NCBI RefSeq assembly: GCF_963676685.1
Contig: NC_092348.1
Location: 31,186,001-31,250,000, forward strand
Source: Mytilus edulis
Lineage: Eukaryota
Direction: 5' to 3'
DNA: 64,000 bases
A model generated the notes under the pieces. The model ran no database searches and was not told the origin of the DNA. It saw nothing but the letters and a program-made list of their open reading frames with translations. Positions 26,697-37,527 of this stretch are shown here, one piece after another (the stretch's first letter is position 1; each line of letters opens with the position of its first letter). The translations under genes and the position numbers were made by a program.

Positions 26697-27200
26697 ATGA
26701 AAGTTTCAAACTGTTTATTAACAATCCTTATCTTTTACAATTATTGTTCTGAGCTGACCTTTGGACAGAAAGGTCACAACAATGGTTTAAATTTGAATAT
26801 ATCTGGAGGAGGGGGTGGCGGAGGTGGCGGAATTGGTCCAGGAGGAGACGGCGGAAGCGTAATAACTAACCTGAATATCAAGAAAATAAAAAATGTTCGC
26901 AAGAATAAAGGCGACAGACAAAAGATTAAGTTAGCAAACGGGATAACTCTTGAAGGATTTAATTTGAATATCAATGGCGGTGGCGGTGGTGGCGGCGGTG
27001 GTTTGGGTGCAGGAGGCGATGGTGGAGACATTATCACTAATGTAAATGTGGGGAAGATGAAGAATGTTGATAAGGTAAAACCTTTGAAGAAAAAAAAAGA
27101 CAAAAAAGACAAAAAGAAAGACAAAAAAAAGAAAAAGAAAGACAAAAAAAGGAAAAAGAAAGACAGAAAAAAGAAAAAGAAAGACAAAAAAACAAAATAA
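26697..27200 (+). CDS. Secreted Gly-rich protein, paralog 5 (167 aa; two modules; poly-Lys/Asp tail)
   Basis: Signal-like N-terminus (..LTFG|Q); two modules 57 aa apart (poly-Gly runs start 26805 and 26976); 37-aa tail with 28 Lys; candidate acceptor AG 26625-26626. Confidence 0.88.
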   Translation: MKVSNCLLTILIFYNYCSELTFGQKGHNNGLNLNISGGGGGGGGGIGPGGDGGSVITNLNIKKIKNVRKNKGDRQKIKLANGITLEGFNLNINGGGGGGGGGLGAGGDGGDIITNVNVGKMKNVDKVKPLKKKKDKKDKKKDKKKKKKDKKRKKKDRKKKKKDKKTK

Positions 27201-27515
27201 AAAGAAGAACCACGATTGGTGTTGATTAGGAAATATTATATGAACAAAGATATAATTAGACACGTTTTTATTATTTCTCTATTGACTGATATTTAAAACA
27301 AAATAAATTCGATTTCTTATATTTCGTTTATGTTTGCCTCATGTTAGACTCGATCGCCCTATATTGAATAAGGACACTTAACAAATTCAAATTCAAATCT
27401 GTATTGCCATAACACTAAATATTTTTAGTACATTGTATGTGACACAACATATCAAAATAAAAAGAAACAATAAACTTAACGAACATATGTTACAGAACCC
27501 CTGATTCATATACTG

Positions 27516-27886
27516 TTTATCTCACTTTACCTGAATGGCCAAGTGAGCTTTTCACATTACTTGGCAACCGTCGTCTGTCGTCATCGGTCGTCATTAAATT
27601 TTACAAAAATCTTCTTCTCTGAAACTACTGAGACAAATTTAACCAAATTTTGCCACAATCATCATTCAGTTATAAATTTCAGAACATGTGTCCGATGACC
27701 CCGCTTGCCAACCAGCAAAGGCCGATATGGACTGAAAATAGAACATAGAGGTAAAATACACTCTTTGGCTTTGAGTTATTATCTCTGACACTGTAGCAAA
27801 AGTAAAATGCTTGCATTACTTCTTCATGAATCAATTGTAAACAAAAATACCAAGTGAGCGACACAGGCTCCTTGGAGCATCTAGTT
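27516..27886 (+). mobile_element. Non-autonomous Helentron (HINE/DINE-1-like)
   Basis: 5' ctcac..gtgagc inverted pair, cgtc microsatellite, 3' gtgagcga plus gctc/gagc hairpin, T-rich ends. Confidence 0.6.
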
Positions 27887-30070
27887 TAAATACATGACCG
27901 GTTGAACTATATTTCTTTTTAGTATCGTAACCGTAAATATAAATACATAGATATAGGAAGATGTGGTGTGAGTGCCAATGAGACAACTCTCCATACAAAT
28001 AAAAATTTAAAAAGTAAACCATTATAGGTTAAAGTACGGCCTTCAACACATGTTCACAATAAGTTACAAAGATAATGATATGTAACAGTTGATGTCAACT
28101 GTTAAACAATTATACTACCTTATCACTGTCGGCCCAGGACTCTTGTTTCACTTCCTTCACATCGATGACACAATAATGTTATTTTTAATCTGAAAATACA
28201 TAATTTGTGCGATTTTTTTTCTATTGAATTAAGGAATATAACCGTAGCTTAGTCATGCAAAGATTTTATAAGCTCTTTATTTTTTTATTGAATAAGATTT
28301 TGATTATCAAATATATTGGCCTCGAGCATCACTGCAAACACACTATTTTTTAATGTTTTTCACCTCTCTGTGGAATTCAAAAACCGACAACTGCCGCTAT
28401 TATAAAAGAGAGGTGAAAATATCAAGGGTGCATTCAAACTCCCAAGTCGAAACTAAACTGACAAACGACATGGCTAAAGAAAACAACAAACAAACAAACA
28501 ACAATGCATGCACATAACAAAACATAGAAAACCAAATACTGTTTCACACGATCCCCAACAAAAACTGGTGCAGCGAAAAGGGTAAGTAGATACTGCTCCA
28601 CTTATGGCACTTGTTGTGCAGCTCATGTTAGTATTAAATTGGTACGTCAAATTCGGGGGAAAAGGGACTGGAGAGCCGTTACATAATTTACCCCTCAGAA
28701 GCGGGTGTTTATTGTTTCCGGATCGACAAACGGCATTATCACCCGTTGCTAATATTATCACATGCTGTTATGGATTGGCGGTGCTTCTGAAAAGTTAGTG
28801 AAGATTAACAAATGGCGCGTTTCAATAAAATGAATGGAAAATATATTGATATGCATAAAAAAAATATCTAGTTTACATTGGCTCAAATATCGATTTTGTC
28901 ATCAGCAAATCAAAACATAACTAAATTTGTATTCTTTTCAATCGGCATGTATAAAACACATTAACGTTTTTTTTATTCTATATAGAGGTTTACTCCTACT
29001 GCTTGTCTATATTTGTGGGGCCATTGTACAAGTCATAACTTCTTTTAAATTAACTGTCCTTGATTTTAAAGTACTAAATCCCTGGGATTTTTTTTAGTTT
29101 TAGTGTGATGTTACACTTTTGTTTCAGATAAGGGTGAAGGTTGAACGTGTTAGTGTGTAAAGCCGCTGCATTCGTTTGCACCTGTCCTAGGTCAGAAATC
29201 TGATGTTCAGTAGTTGTCGTTTGTTGATGAGATTCATAAACCCAAACCGCATAGTCAGCTATAAAAGGCCCTGTAATGACAGATGTTAAACGATTCAAAC
29301 AGAAGACTAACGGCCCGACTCGTGTACAAAACAATGTAAGAAAAACAAATTTGATTTACAGCAACAAACAACAACCTCTGAACTACAGGCTCCTGACATA
29401 GGACAGACGCATGCATGATGTGGGGTTAAACTAGTTTGCTAGCACCAAACTCTCACCTTAATAAGGGACAGCAGTAAAACATAAGAACAATTTACAAAAT
29501 TCAGTTTGAAAGAGCTTATCCTATCATATCGATATACAAAGAGGATAACATGGCAGCACATAAAACACCTTCCAAAATCGAGAGAGAGAGACAATAGGTA
29601 CAGATCTGAGAGTACTTGCAGTCAGCTAGTCAAAATTCAAAAACAAAGAATTAATTAAGACTCTTTCAAAATTAAGTACTGTTATTAGTTAAAGTGAATA
29701 GCAAGAGAGACCATTCCTAGGGAAAAGACATATGTTTTGCAATATAAATTTACAGTTCAATTAAGGATGAATTTCTTTATTTAAGTTTTATTTATAATTT
29801 AATGAAAGGGTGAATTATACACTAAAATACACTAATCCTCAAAAATTTGTATTCGTTTTTGTTTAATTCTTAATTTCTTTTTAAAAAATACTTACGACAA
29901 TTCTATTCTTATACAAAGACTTCACCATTATACACGCGAAGTTATGTAAATGTTGTAATGTTACAAAAAGTCAGTTCAAAGTTAATGCCAATTAAACAAT
30001 TATTTTTATTGTGCACAATTGATATTGTTCCTCCCTTGTTCGTTCACCATTGGATTATGATTTGTTACTT

Positions 30071-31544
30071 CTTATAACAGGGATGATGTCTGAGGGTGAA
30101 TGAGTCTTGTAACAGGGATGATGTCTGAGGGCGAATGAGTCTTATAACAGGGATGATGTCTGAGGGTGAATGAGTCTTATAACAGGGATGATGTCTGAGG
30201 GTGAATGAGTCTTATAACAGGGATGATGTCTGAGGGCGAATGAGTCTGATAACAGGGATGATGTCTGAGGGTGAATGAGTCTTATAACAGGGATGATGTC
30301 TGAGGGCGAATGAGTCTTATAACAGGGATGATGTCTGAGGGTGAATGAGTCTTATAACAGGGATGATGTCTGAGGGCGAATGAGTCTGATAACAGGGATG
30401 ATGTCTGAGGGTGAATGAGTCTTATAACAGGGATGATGTCTGAGGGCGAATGAGTCTTATAACAGGGATGATGTCTGAGGGTGAATGAGTCTTGTAACAG
30501 GGATGATGTCTGAGGGCGAATGAGTCTTATAACAGGGATGATGTCTGAGGGTGAATGAGTCTTATAACAGGGATGATGTCTGAGGGTGAATGAGTCTTGT
30601 AACAGGGATGATGTCTGAGGGCGAATGAGTCTTATAACAGGGATGATGTCTGAGGGCGAATGAGTCTTATAACAGGGATGATGTCTGAGGGCGAATGAGT
30701 CTTATAACAGGGATGATGTCTGAGGGCGAATGAGTCTTATAACAGGGATGATGTCTGAGGGCGAATGAGTCTTATAACAGGGATGATGTCTGAGGGCGAA
30801 TGAGTCTTATAACAGGGATGATGTCTGAGGGCGAATGAGTCTTATAACAGGGATGATGTCTGAGGGCGAATGAGTCTTATAACAGGGATGATGTCTGAGG
30901 GCGAATGAGTCTTATAACAGGGATGATGTCTGAGGGCGAATGAGTCTTATAACAGGGATGATGTCTGAGGGCGAATGAGTCTTATAACAGGGATGATGTC
31001 TGAGGGCGAATGAGTCTTATAACAGGGATGATGTCTGAGGGCGAATGAGTCTTATAACAGGGATGATGTCTGAGGGCGAATGAGTCTTATAACAGGGATG
31101 ATGTCTGAGGGCGAATGAGTCTTATAACAGGGATGATGTCTGAGGGCGAATGAGTCTTATAACAGGGATGATGTCTGAGGGTGAATGAGTCTTATAACAG
31201 GGATGATGTCTGAGGGCGAATGAGTCTTGTAACAGGGATGATGTCTGAGGGCGAATGAGTCTTAAAACAGGGATGATGTCTGAGGGCGAATGAGTCTTAT
31301 AACAGGGATGATGTCTGAGGGCGAATGAGTCTTATAACAGGGATGATGTCTGAGGATGAATGAGTCTTGTAACAGGGATGATGTCTGAGGGCGAATGAGT
31401 CTTAAAACAGGGATGATGTCTGAGGGCGAATGAGTCTTATAACAGGGATGATGTCTGAGGGCGAATGAGTCTTATAACAGGGATGATGTCTGAGGATGAA
31501 TGAGTCTTGTAACAGGGATGATGTCTGAGGGTGAATGAGTCTTG
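30071..31544. repeat. Minisatellite, 42 x 35 bp (CTTATAACAGGGATGATGTCTGAGGGYGAATGAGT)
   Basis: 30071-31540 = 1470 bp = 42 units, with no spacers. Confidence 0.97.
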
Positions 31545-31949
31545 AATTTTGAATCTTGCTATGTTTTGTTTCAAAAACTTATTTTAAAAATCATGGCTAA
31601 AATAAGTCTTAAAACTGTGTTCAATACATATTAGCTACTTTACTTTCATGTGTATACTGTATGGTTTTGTACTGTTGTGTTTTTTTTCTGGTTTCCCTCT
31701 TCCGAACTTAAGACAGTTGCATTCCATTCGTATGACGTGGTAAGCTGTTCATTTTGTCATTTGATAAAGGACTTTTTGTTTAGAATTTTCTGTGGAGATT
31801 GGTGTTTTTTAGTTATTTCCTTTTTGTTATGGTTGATTCAAAACCTCAAGTTAGAATATTTTACTATTCTTTTGTTTTAAAATATTCCAAAATATTTTAC
31901 TTCTTGTATAATATAATTAACGACACTAGCAAATAGATGCACAATAGCA

Positions 31950-32170
31950 CTATAAATATACTCTGAAAAATATTGCAAAAAGTTCTTTTCAGCTTATAGA
32001 CATAATTTATCATTTTGAAGTACACAAGGACACGTGCACCATATGTATGCATGTTATGAAGTAGAATAGTTCAACTTTCTACATTTATTGCTCAGCGTTA
32101 GAATCAAATTTTAAGGTAGGTTATACAACTCTGAAACAATAATGATTTAAATTTGTTTAATTGAATGAAC
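31950..32170 (+). promoter_or_regulatory. Putative promoter and non-coding exon 1 of paralog 6
   Basis: Homologous to 35660-35860; donor AATTTTAAG|GTAGGT (GT 32116-32117), an exon end resembling that of paralogs 1 and 2. Confidence 0.45.
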
Positions 32171-33115
32171 ATTTCGTTTTTTTATGCGTTTTGTTATTTG
32201 ATTTTGCCATGTGATTATGGACTTTCCGAATTAATTTTCCTCTAAATTCAGTATTTTTGTGATTTTACTTTTTTCCATTCAAACAAAATAAATATATACA
32301 TGTATTAGATGAAAGTCAATCCAGAATAACTATTCGGACGCAAAAACTGATTATTTTTTTTTATTTTTATTTTTTTTGCAGTATGACGTTATGTTTGTTT
32401 TGTTTTGTTTTTTTGATTCAAAATTGAAAACAAATTTAATCGCCGTCCGAAAACAAAATAGCTTTAATTATACTTTTTGTGGCACATTTTGGAAATAAAT
32501 TGTTTTAAAAATGTCGATACCGCTTCTTGGTTCATATTATGTCACAAAAAATACGTAACTCATTGAAATAAATGATTTGAAATAATTCCAAGGTTTTGTT
32601 TTGCCGAGCAACATTTGAACAACAAATTTTCTCCCGGAATATTATGGCAGCTTTTAAGATTGTTGAAAAATTCAATAAATACATTAATTTCTAGGAAAAG
32701 CTATTATCAACAAGAAAAAAAAATCTAGCTAGAAATTCTAGATAAAGCAGAAGTATCTGAAGTTCCTAGTTTTGTTTACGTTTTTGTAAATTAAACATAA
32801 ATATAAAACAGACAGGAATATGGCAGTTGTTATCCATTCATTCTATGTGTTTAAACTTTTGGTTTAACCATTTGATAATACTATTCTTTCCATTTTGAAT
32901 TTTTCTAGGAGTTCGGTGCTTTTGCTCTTTTATTTTTACTCGGAATCGGTTGATCGCAGATAGCTGCTCAGTTAAAAGACTAATTGGATACACAGTTTAA
33001 TGGATTTTGTCCACCTAATAACAAAGCTAAAACATGAACTAAACAAAAGAAAGATGTTTGTACGCAGCTATTGTGTGTTTTTCTTTTTTCTTGTAGAAAA
33101 AATACGAACATTCTA

Positions 33116-33868
33116 ATGAATATTATCGGGGTGATTTTGGTACTTGGCATTTTTAACAAATGTGCATGCCATGGCTACTATGGAGATAATTATTACAGAG
33201 GATACGGAGAACTTCCATTGCATAGACCGCAATCAAACGGAAGAGATTGGGAAAAACTATTCAAAAATTTGAAAGCACGTGTTAGTAATTTAGAAAAGGT
33301 TCACCGTAATAATACGGATGGAAACATCAATATTGATATTAAAGGAGGCGGGGGTGGTGGTGGAGGCGGAATCGAACCAGGAGGAAATGGTGGAAATCTA
33401 ACAACTCATTTATTTATTAAGAAAATCAAAACGGTTCATACTAAGGATGGAACAAAAGTCATAATAAAGCCCGGTGATGGGCGAACATTACAAGTGCTTA
33501 AATTAATGATCAAAGGAGAAGGCGGCGGGGGAGGAGGCGGAATGGGTAAGGGTGGCGACGGAGGAAGTATATTTACAAACTTGACAATCAAAACATTTAA
33601 GACTGTATTTAGAGATGGAATAAATGTCACTACTGCTGAGGTTATAAATCCACTAGAAGGGCTCGGTTTGAACATTAAAGGTGGTGGCGGAGGTGGAGGT
33701 GGCGGCACAGGCCCTGGTGGCAACGGCGGCGACTTGGTTACAGCTATTGTCATAGAGAATGTAAAGGATGTAACTATAAACGGAACTTGGACAAAAGAAG
33801 ATAGGAAGGCATGGAAATTAATAAAGAAGTTACGGAGACAAAAGAATAAACAAAATGGAAAAAAATAG
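33116..33868 (+). CDS. Secreted Gly-rich protein, paralog 6 (250 aa; three modules; basic tail)
   Basis: The track start at 33071 is a TTG inside a polypyrimidine tract; acceptor AG 33095-33096 is followed by ATG 33116 (MNIIGVILVLGIFNKCAC|H signal); modules start 33344, 33515, 33680. Confidence 0.88.
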   Translation: MNIIGVILVLGIFNKCACHGYYGDNYYRGYGELPLHRPQSNGRDWEKLFKNLKARVSNLEKVHRNNTDGNINIDIKGGGGGGGGGIEPGGNGGNLTTHLFIKKIKTVHTKDGTKVIIKPGDGRTLQVLKLMIKGEGGGGGGGMGKGGDGGSIFTNLTIKTFKTVFRDGINVTTAEVINPLEGLGLNIKGGGGGGGGGTGPGGNGGDLVTAIVIENVKDVTINGTWTKEDRKAWKLIKKLRRQKNKQNGKK

Positions 33869-35147
33869 GACCTAATGAGTCTAGCTCTTTCCTTGAATTT
33901 TAATATTTCAATGGTTGTGGAGATAAATGATTGAACACTCTCCTATGGTTGAGGAAAGTTGAGTGATAAAAAAATTTGTTAACTCATATATCGATTCTTT
34001 ATGATTCTTGTTAAATTATATCTTTACTAACAATTGAAGCAAAAGCATGAATTGTTTTTTTTTAAACTGCATCATTGATTTGCGACTTACATATTAATGC
34101 AGTTGTTTTTAAAAGAGTTCAGGAAATTATCTTTTCTTTATTATTATTTTCTTATTATCATACACCCATCAACAAATGGAAATATTGCTGGAGTTCAGTT
34201 CGTCCGAAACGCTTTTTCTCATTCAAAACTAAAAACTCCTTAAGCCCAGGAGAACCTAATACCGACATAACAATTTAAATGTAGACATAATGAAACCCAC
34301 CAAAACTCATCGAGATCTCAGCTGCTTTGGAATGGTCGATAGATATTGCTCAAAATCTCATGTTTCACCTAGAAAAAGTCATTACAGATACTTGGCTTAT
34401 CAATTGCTACGCCAGACATGTGTTTCATCTTCATAAGACTCAGCAATGGTACAAACAGTTTGAATGCAAAATAAAATACGAAGTTGAAAAACATAAAAAC
34501 ATGTGCCAAATACGGCCAATGCAATTAATTCATAAGGGTAGAAAACATTAGTGTTTAAAACAATATCCTGTAATATCAACAGTTAAATGTAAAAAAAAAT
34601 ATTTTTAAAATACCGAACTCCGAGGAAAATTCCAAATGGGAAGTTCGTTATCGAATGGCAAAATCAAAAGCTCAAACACATCAAACGAATGGATAACAAC
34701 TGAGACATACATGACTTGGTACAGACAATTTCTTGAAAACCTGGTTTTATAGCTAACTAAACCTCTCACTTGTATGACAGTCGCATACAATTCCATTATA
34801 TTCACAACGATGTGTTAACAAAACAAACAGACGTAATACATGTAATATATAAAAATGTCAAAAAAACGACAAATTAGCAGAACATTAACATATCAATGGT
34901 AAGTACAAAATCTCTGATATTCTCAAGCGAGGATGTTACAATTAAAGAAAAAACGGACGAAATAGTGATAAACAACAATCGGAACATGTCAGTATTTATC
35001 TTTGACATAACATGTTATAACGATCAACTTACTTTTGATGGTGTACGTAAAACTGTCCAGACTTGTTGAAAGGAAGTAGTGCGGGATTAAACTTTGCAAA
35101 AAACTGCTGATTAACAAAATCAATTGAAGTCTTCGATTTGTTTTGTT

Positions 35148-35208
35148 CGATTACAGTGTTCATATGACGAAGCTTCGGATAGAAACCATTCGCGAATTGT
35201 TACGTATA
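35148..35208 (-). pseudogene. Decayed SLC7-paralog exon fragment (YVTIREWFLSEASSYEHCNR)
   Basis: Ungapped 44/61 nt match by hand to 45295-45355 ([20 protein letters not shown]); T-rich tract upstream on the - strand but no clear AG. Confidence 0.6.
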
Positions 35209-35659
35209 AAAATAAAAAAAAAAATAAAAAATACCCCTTAAAATTTGTAATTTTTCACAGACCTTTCCTTATAACTCTGTCTTTTTTCTTTATCAAATAC
35301 TGCTGTCTCTAAGCTGGCGTCTATTGTTTATAAGACAATTTTATCTCTACACAATTCTCCTGTTTCCCATATCACTTCATACCATTTATTGTATAGAAGA
35401 GTTTTTGGAATAATGTATGCTATGCTCACCGATTGATTATTTTTGCTCTATGTATTTGTCTTTGGGGAACCAGATATGAAAAACTTTCTGATAAAAATGC
35501 AATCGAAATACACAATTATACCGTCTTTCTTTATTATTTGTGGTGAAAGATCAATCATCGAATATGTTTAACAATTAATGTTGAACTCCTTTTTATGAAT
35601 TATGCAACCAGTTGATAGATGGCATTATAATATTGCAAAAAATATAAACATCAGGTCAT

Positions 35660-35860
35660 TGCTCTAAAATAAAGTGCATGAAGTTCCTTTGTAACTTATA
35701 GCCTTAACTTTTAGTTTTAAAGTAAACACGGATACACTTTTTGACCATGTATTTAAAGATATTTATAACAAACATTCTGTTGTTCTTGATGGGAAAAAAC
35801 CTAAGCAGGTAAGTTAGACCTCTCTGAAACAATATCAAGGTAAATTTGCTAATTAATAAA
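35660..35860 (+). promoter_or_regulatory. Putative promoter and non-coding exon 1 of paralog 7
   Basis: Homologous to 31950-32170; donor CAG|GTAAGT (GT 35809-35810) followed by the shared ctctgaaacaat. Confidence 0.45.
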
Positions 35861-36720
35861 ATGCATAGAAATAAATATTGTCAACTGTGCTCAAAGATAC
35901 GTTATTACAGATAATTGATTTTTCTATCCTGTAAAACCGGTTTTTTTCTGTTAATTTTCGGAATCGTATATGATATAATACATTTAATATACATAATTTG
36001 TTTTCCGTCAGCTATCAAGGGCCCCGATATGACAATGTAAAACAATTCAAACGAGAAAACTAACGGCCTTATTTATCTAAAAATATGAACGAAAAACAAA
36101 TATTTAACACATAAACAAACGACAACCACTGAATTACAGGCTCCTAATTTGGGACAGGCACATACATAAATAATGTGGCGGGGTTAAACATGTTAGCATG
36201 TTAAAATTGTTTTCATATCTTTAGCATACACAACTCGAATGTTATTGGGATAACTCACAAATTCAATTGTCCTATGGAACAGCGAAAATGTTTTGTATAA
36301 AAGCGCAAATGGCATTTAAAACGCGCAAACGTGACGCGTCGAGATTTGACCACTTGGTTGCTTCAATATGTTTAATAATCAAACAATATCGCCATTATCA
36401 TTTTACCCAATTTTCAAAAGAGTACAAAGTTAACGTAGTAATCTTTAAGATTTTTTTTTTAAAGGGTAATAATATCGGGATGAAAATTAACTACTATTTT
36501 TATATTACATGTGGTGAAAATATGCGATTAAAAACCAAAGGGACATAATAAAATATCATAGATCGCAAATAATCCGCTAATACCATAACAATAAATAAAA
36601 TTTAAAAAATGGGTTAAAATATATTTGTCCATCTTTTTATAATTATTAATAAACATTTAAAAACAAATCAAGGTTTTTAAAGCATTAATTTAGTTCTTTT
36701 CTATTCTTTTTCCAGGAAAG

Positions 36721-37527
36721 ATGAACATCTCAATAATTTACATCAGTTTGATTTTTAATCTTGTCATTTATGACAATTGTTTGGGCCATAGATCCTATGG
36801 AGAAAATTATCGCAGAAGACACGGACGATTATCAAGACAAAGACCACGTTCAAGTACTTTTGGCAGACGATTTGTGAAAAAAAACATACAAAAAGGTCTA
36901 CCGTTGAAAGATCCCGAAATAATTGCTAGCACTACTGATCAGGTAGCACTTTCTAATGTTGACAGAAATATCAATATGAATTTAACAGGAGGCGGAGGTG
37001 GTGGCGGTGGAGGAATCGATCCAGGCGGAAATGGTGGAAATCTTTCTACTAATTTATTTATCAATAAAATCAAGACAATTCACACTAGTGACGGAACAAT
37101 AATCAAAGTTAAACCTGGTGATGGTCGAACATTGGAAGCACTTAAATTGATCATTGACGGAGGAGGTGGCGGGGGAGGAGGAGGAATAGGAAAAGGCGGT
37201 GATGGAGGAAGTATATTTACAACCTTGACAATCAACAAATTAAAGACTGTTTTTAGAAATGGAGCAAATGCAACTTTTGCTGAAGTTCAAAACCCTCTCC
37301 GTGGACTCAGTTTGGAGATTAATGGCGGTGGTGGAGGTGGCGGAGGTGGACCAGGCCAAGGAGGCGATGGTGGCGATTTGGTTACAAATGTTGTCATTGG
37401 AAAAGCTAAAATAGTCACGAAAATTGGCGCTAGAAGAAGAAAAAAGAAAAAGGATCGGAAATTAAAAAGGATGTTGAAGAGGAAAAGGAAGAACAGAGAC
37501 AAGTTTAAGCCATTGCTTAATTACTAG
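36721..37527 (+). CDS. Secreted Gly-rich protein, paralog 7 (268 aa; three modules; Lys/Arg tail)
   Basis: Collinear with paralog 6 (e.g. KPGDGRTL, GKGGDGGSIFT); modules start 36988, 37159, 37324; acceptor AG 36714-36715; AATAAA 37599-37604. Confidence 0.9.
   Translation: MNISIIYISLIFNLVIYDNCLGHRSYGENYRRRHGRLSRQRPRSSTFGRRFVKKNIQKGLPLKDPEIIASTTDQVALSNVDRNINMNLTGGGGGGGGGIDPGGNGGNLSTNLFINKIKTIHTSDGTIIKVKPGDGRTLEALKLIIDGGGGGGGGGIGKGGDGGSIFTTLTINKLKTVFRNGANATFAEVQNPLRGLSLEINGGGGGGGGGPGQGGDGGDLVTNVVIGKAKIVTKIGARRRKKKKDRKLKRMLKRKRKNRDKFKPLLNY

Noticed and set aside
26774-27187. Antisense poly-Pro/poly-Phe ORFs (also 33436-33753, 37287-37502, 5376-5759, 13488-13697)
   Set aside because: Shadows of GGN and AAR codons on the coding strand
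1374-27200. Naming the cluster as known mussel foot proteins, shematrins, myticalins or keratin/loricrin-like proteins
   Set aside because: Mature paralogs 1-3 and 5 have no Tyr or Cys and few Pro; the similarity is compositional only and I cannot run a search
30071-31544. CRISPR array or C/D-box snoRNA array (ATGATG..CTGA in each unit)
   Set aside because: No unique spacers and a eukaryotic context; the C-like and D-like boxes are adjacent with no guide or terminal stem, so probably coincidental
33071-33115. N-terminal extension MCVFLFSCRK of paralog 6
   Set aside because: Non-ATG start within the intron polypyrimidine tract; the likely start is ATG 33116
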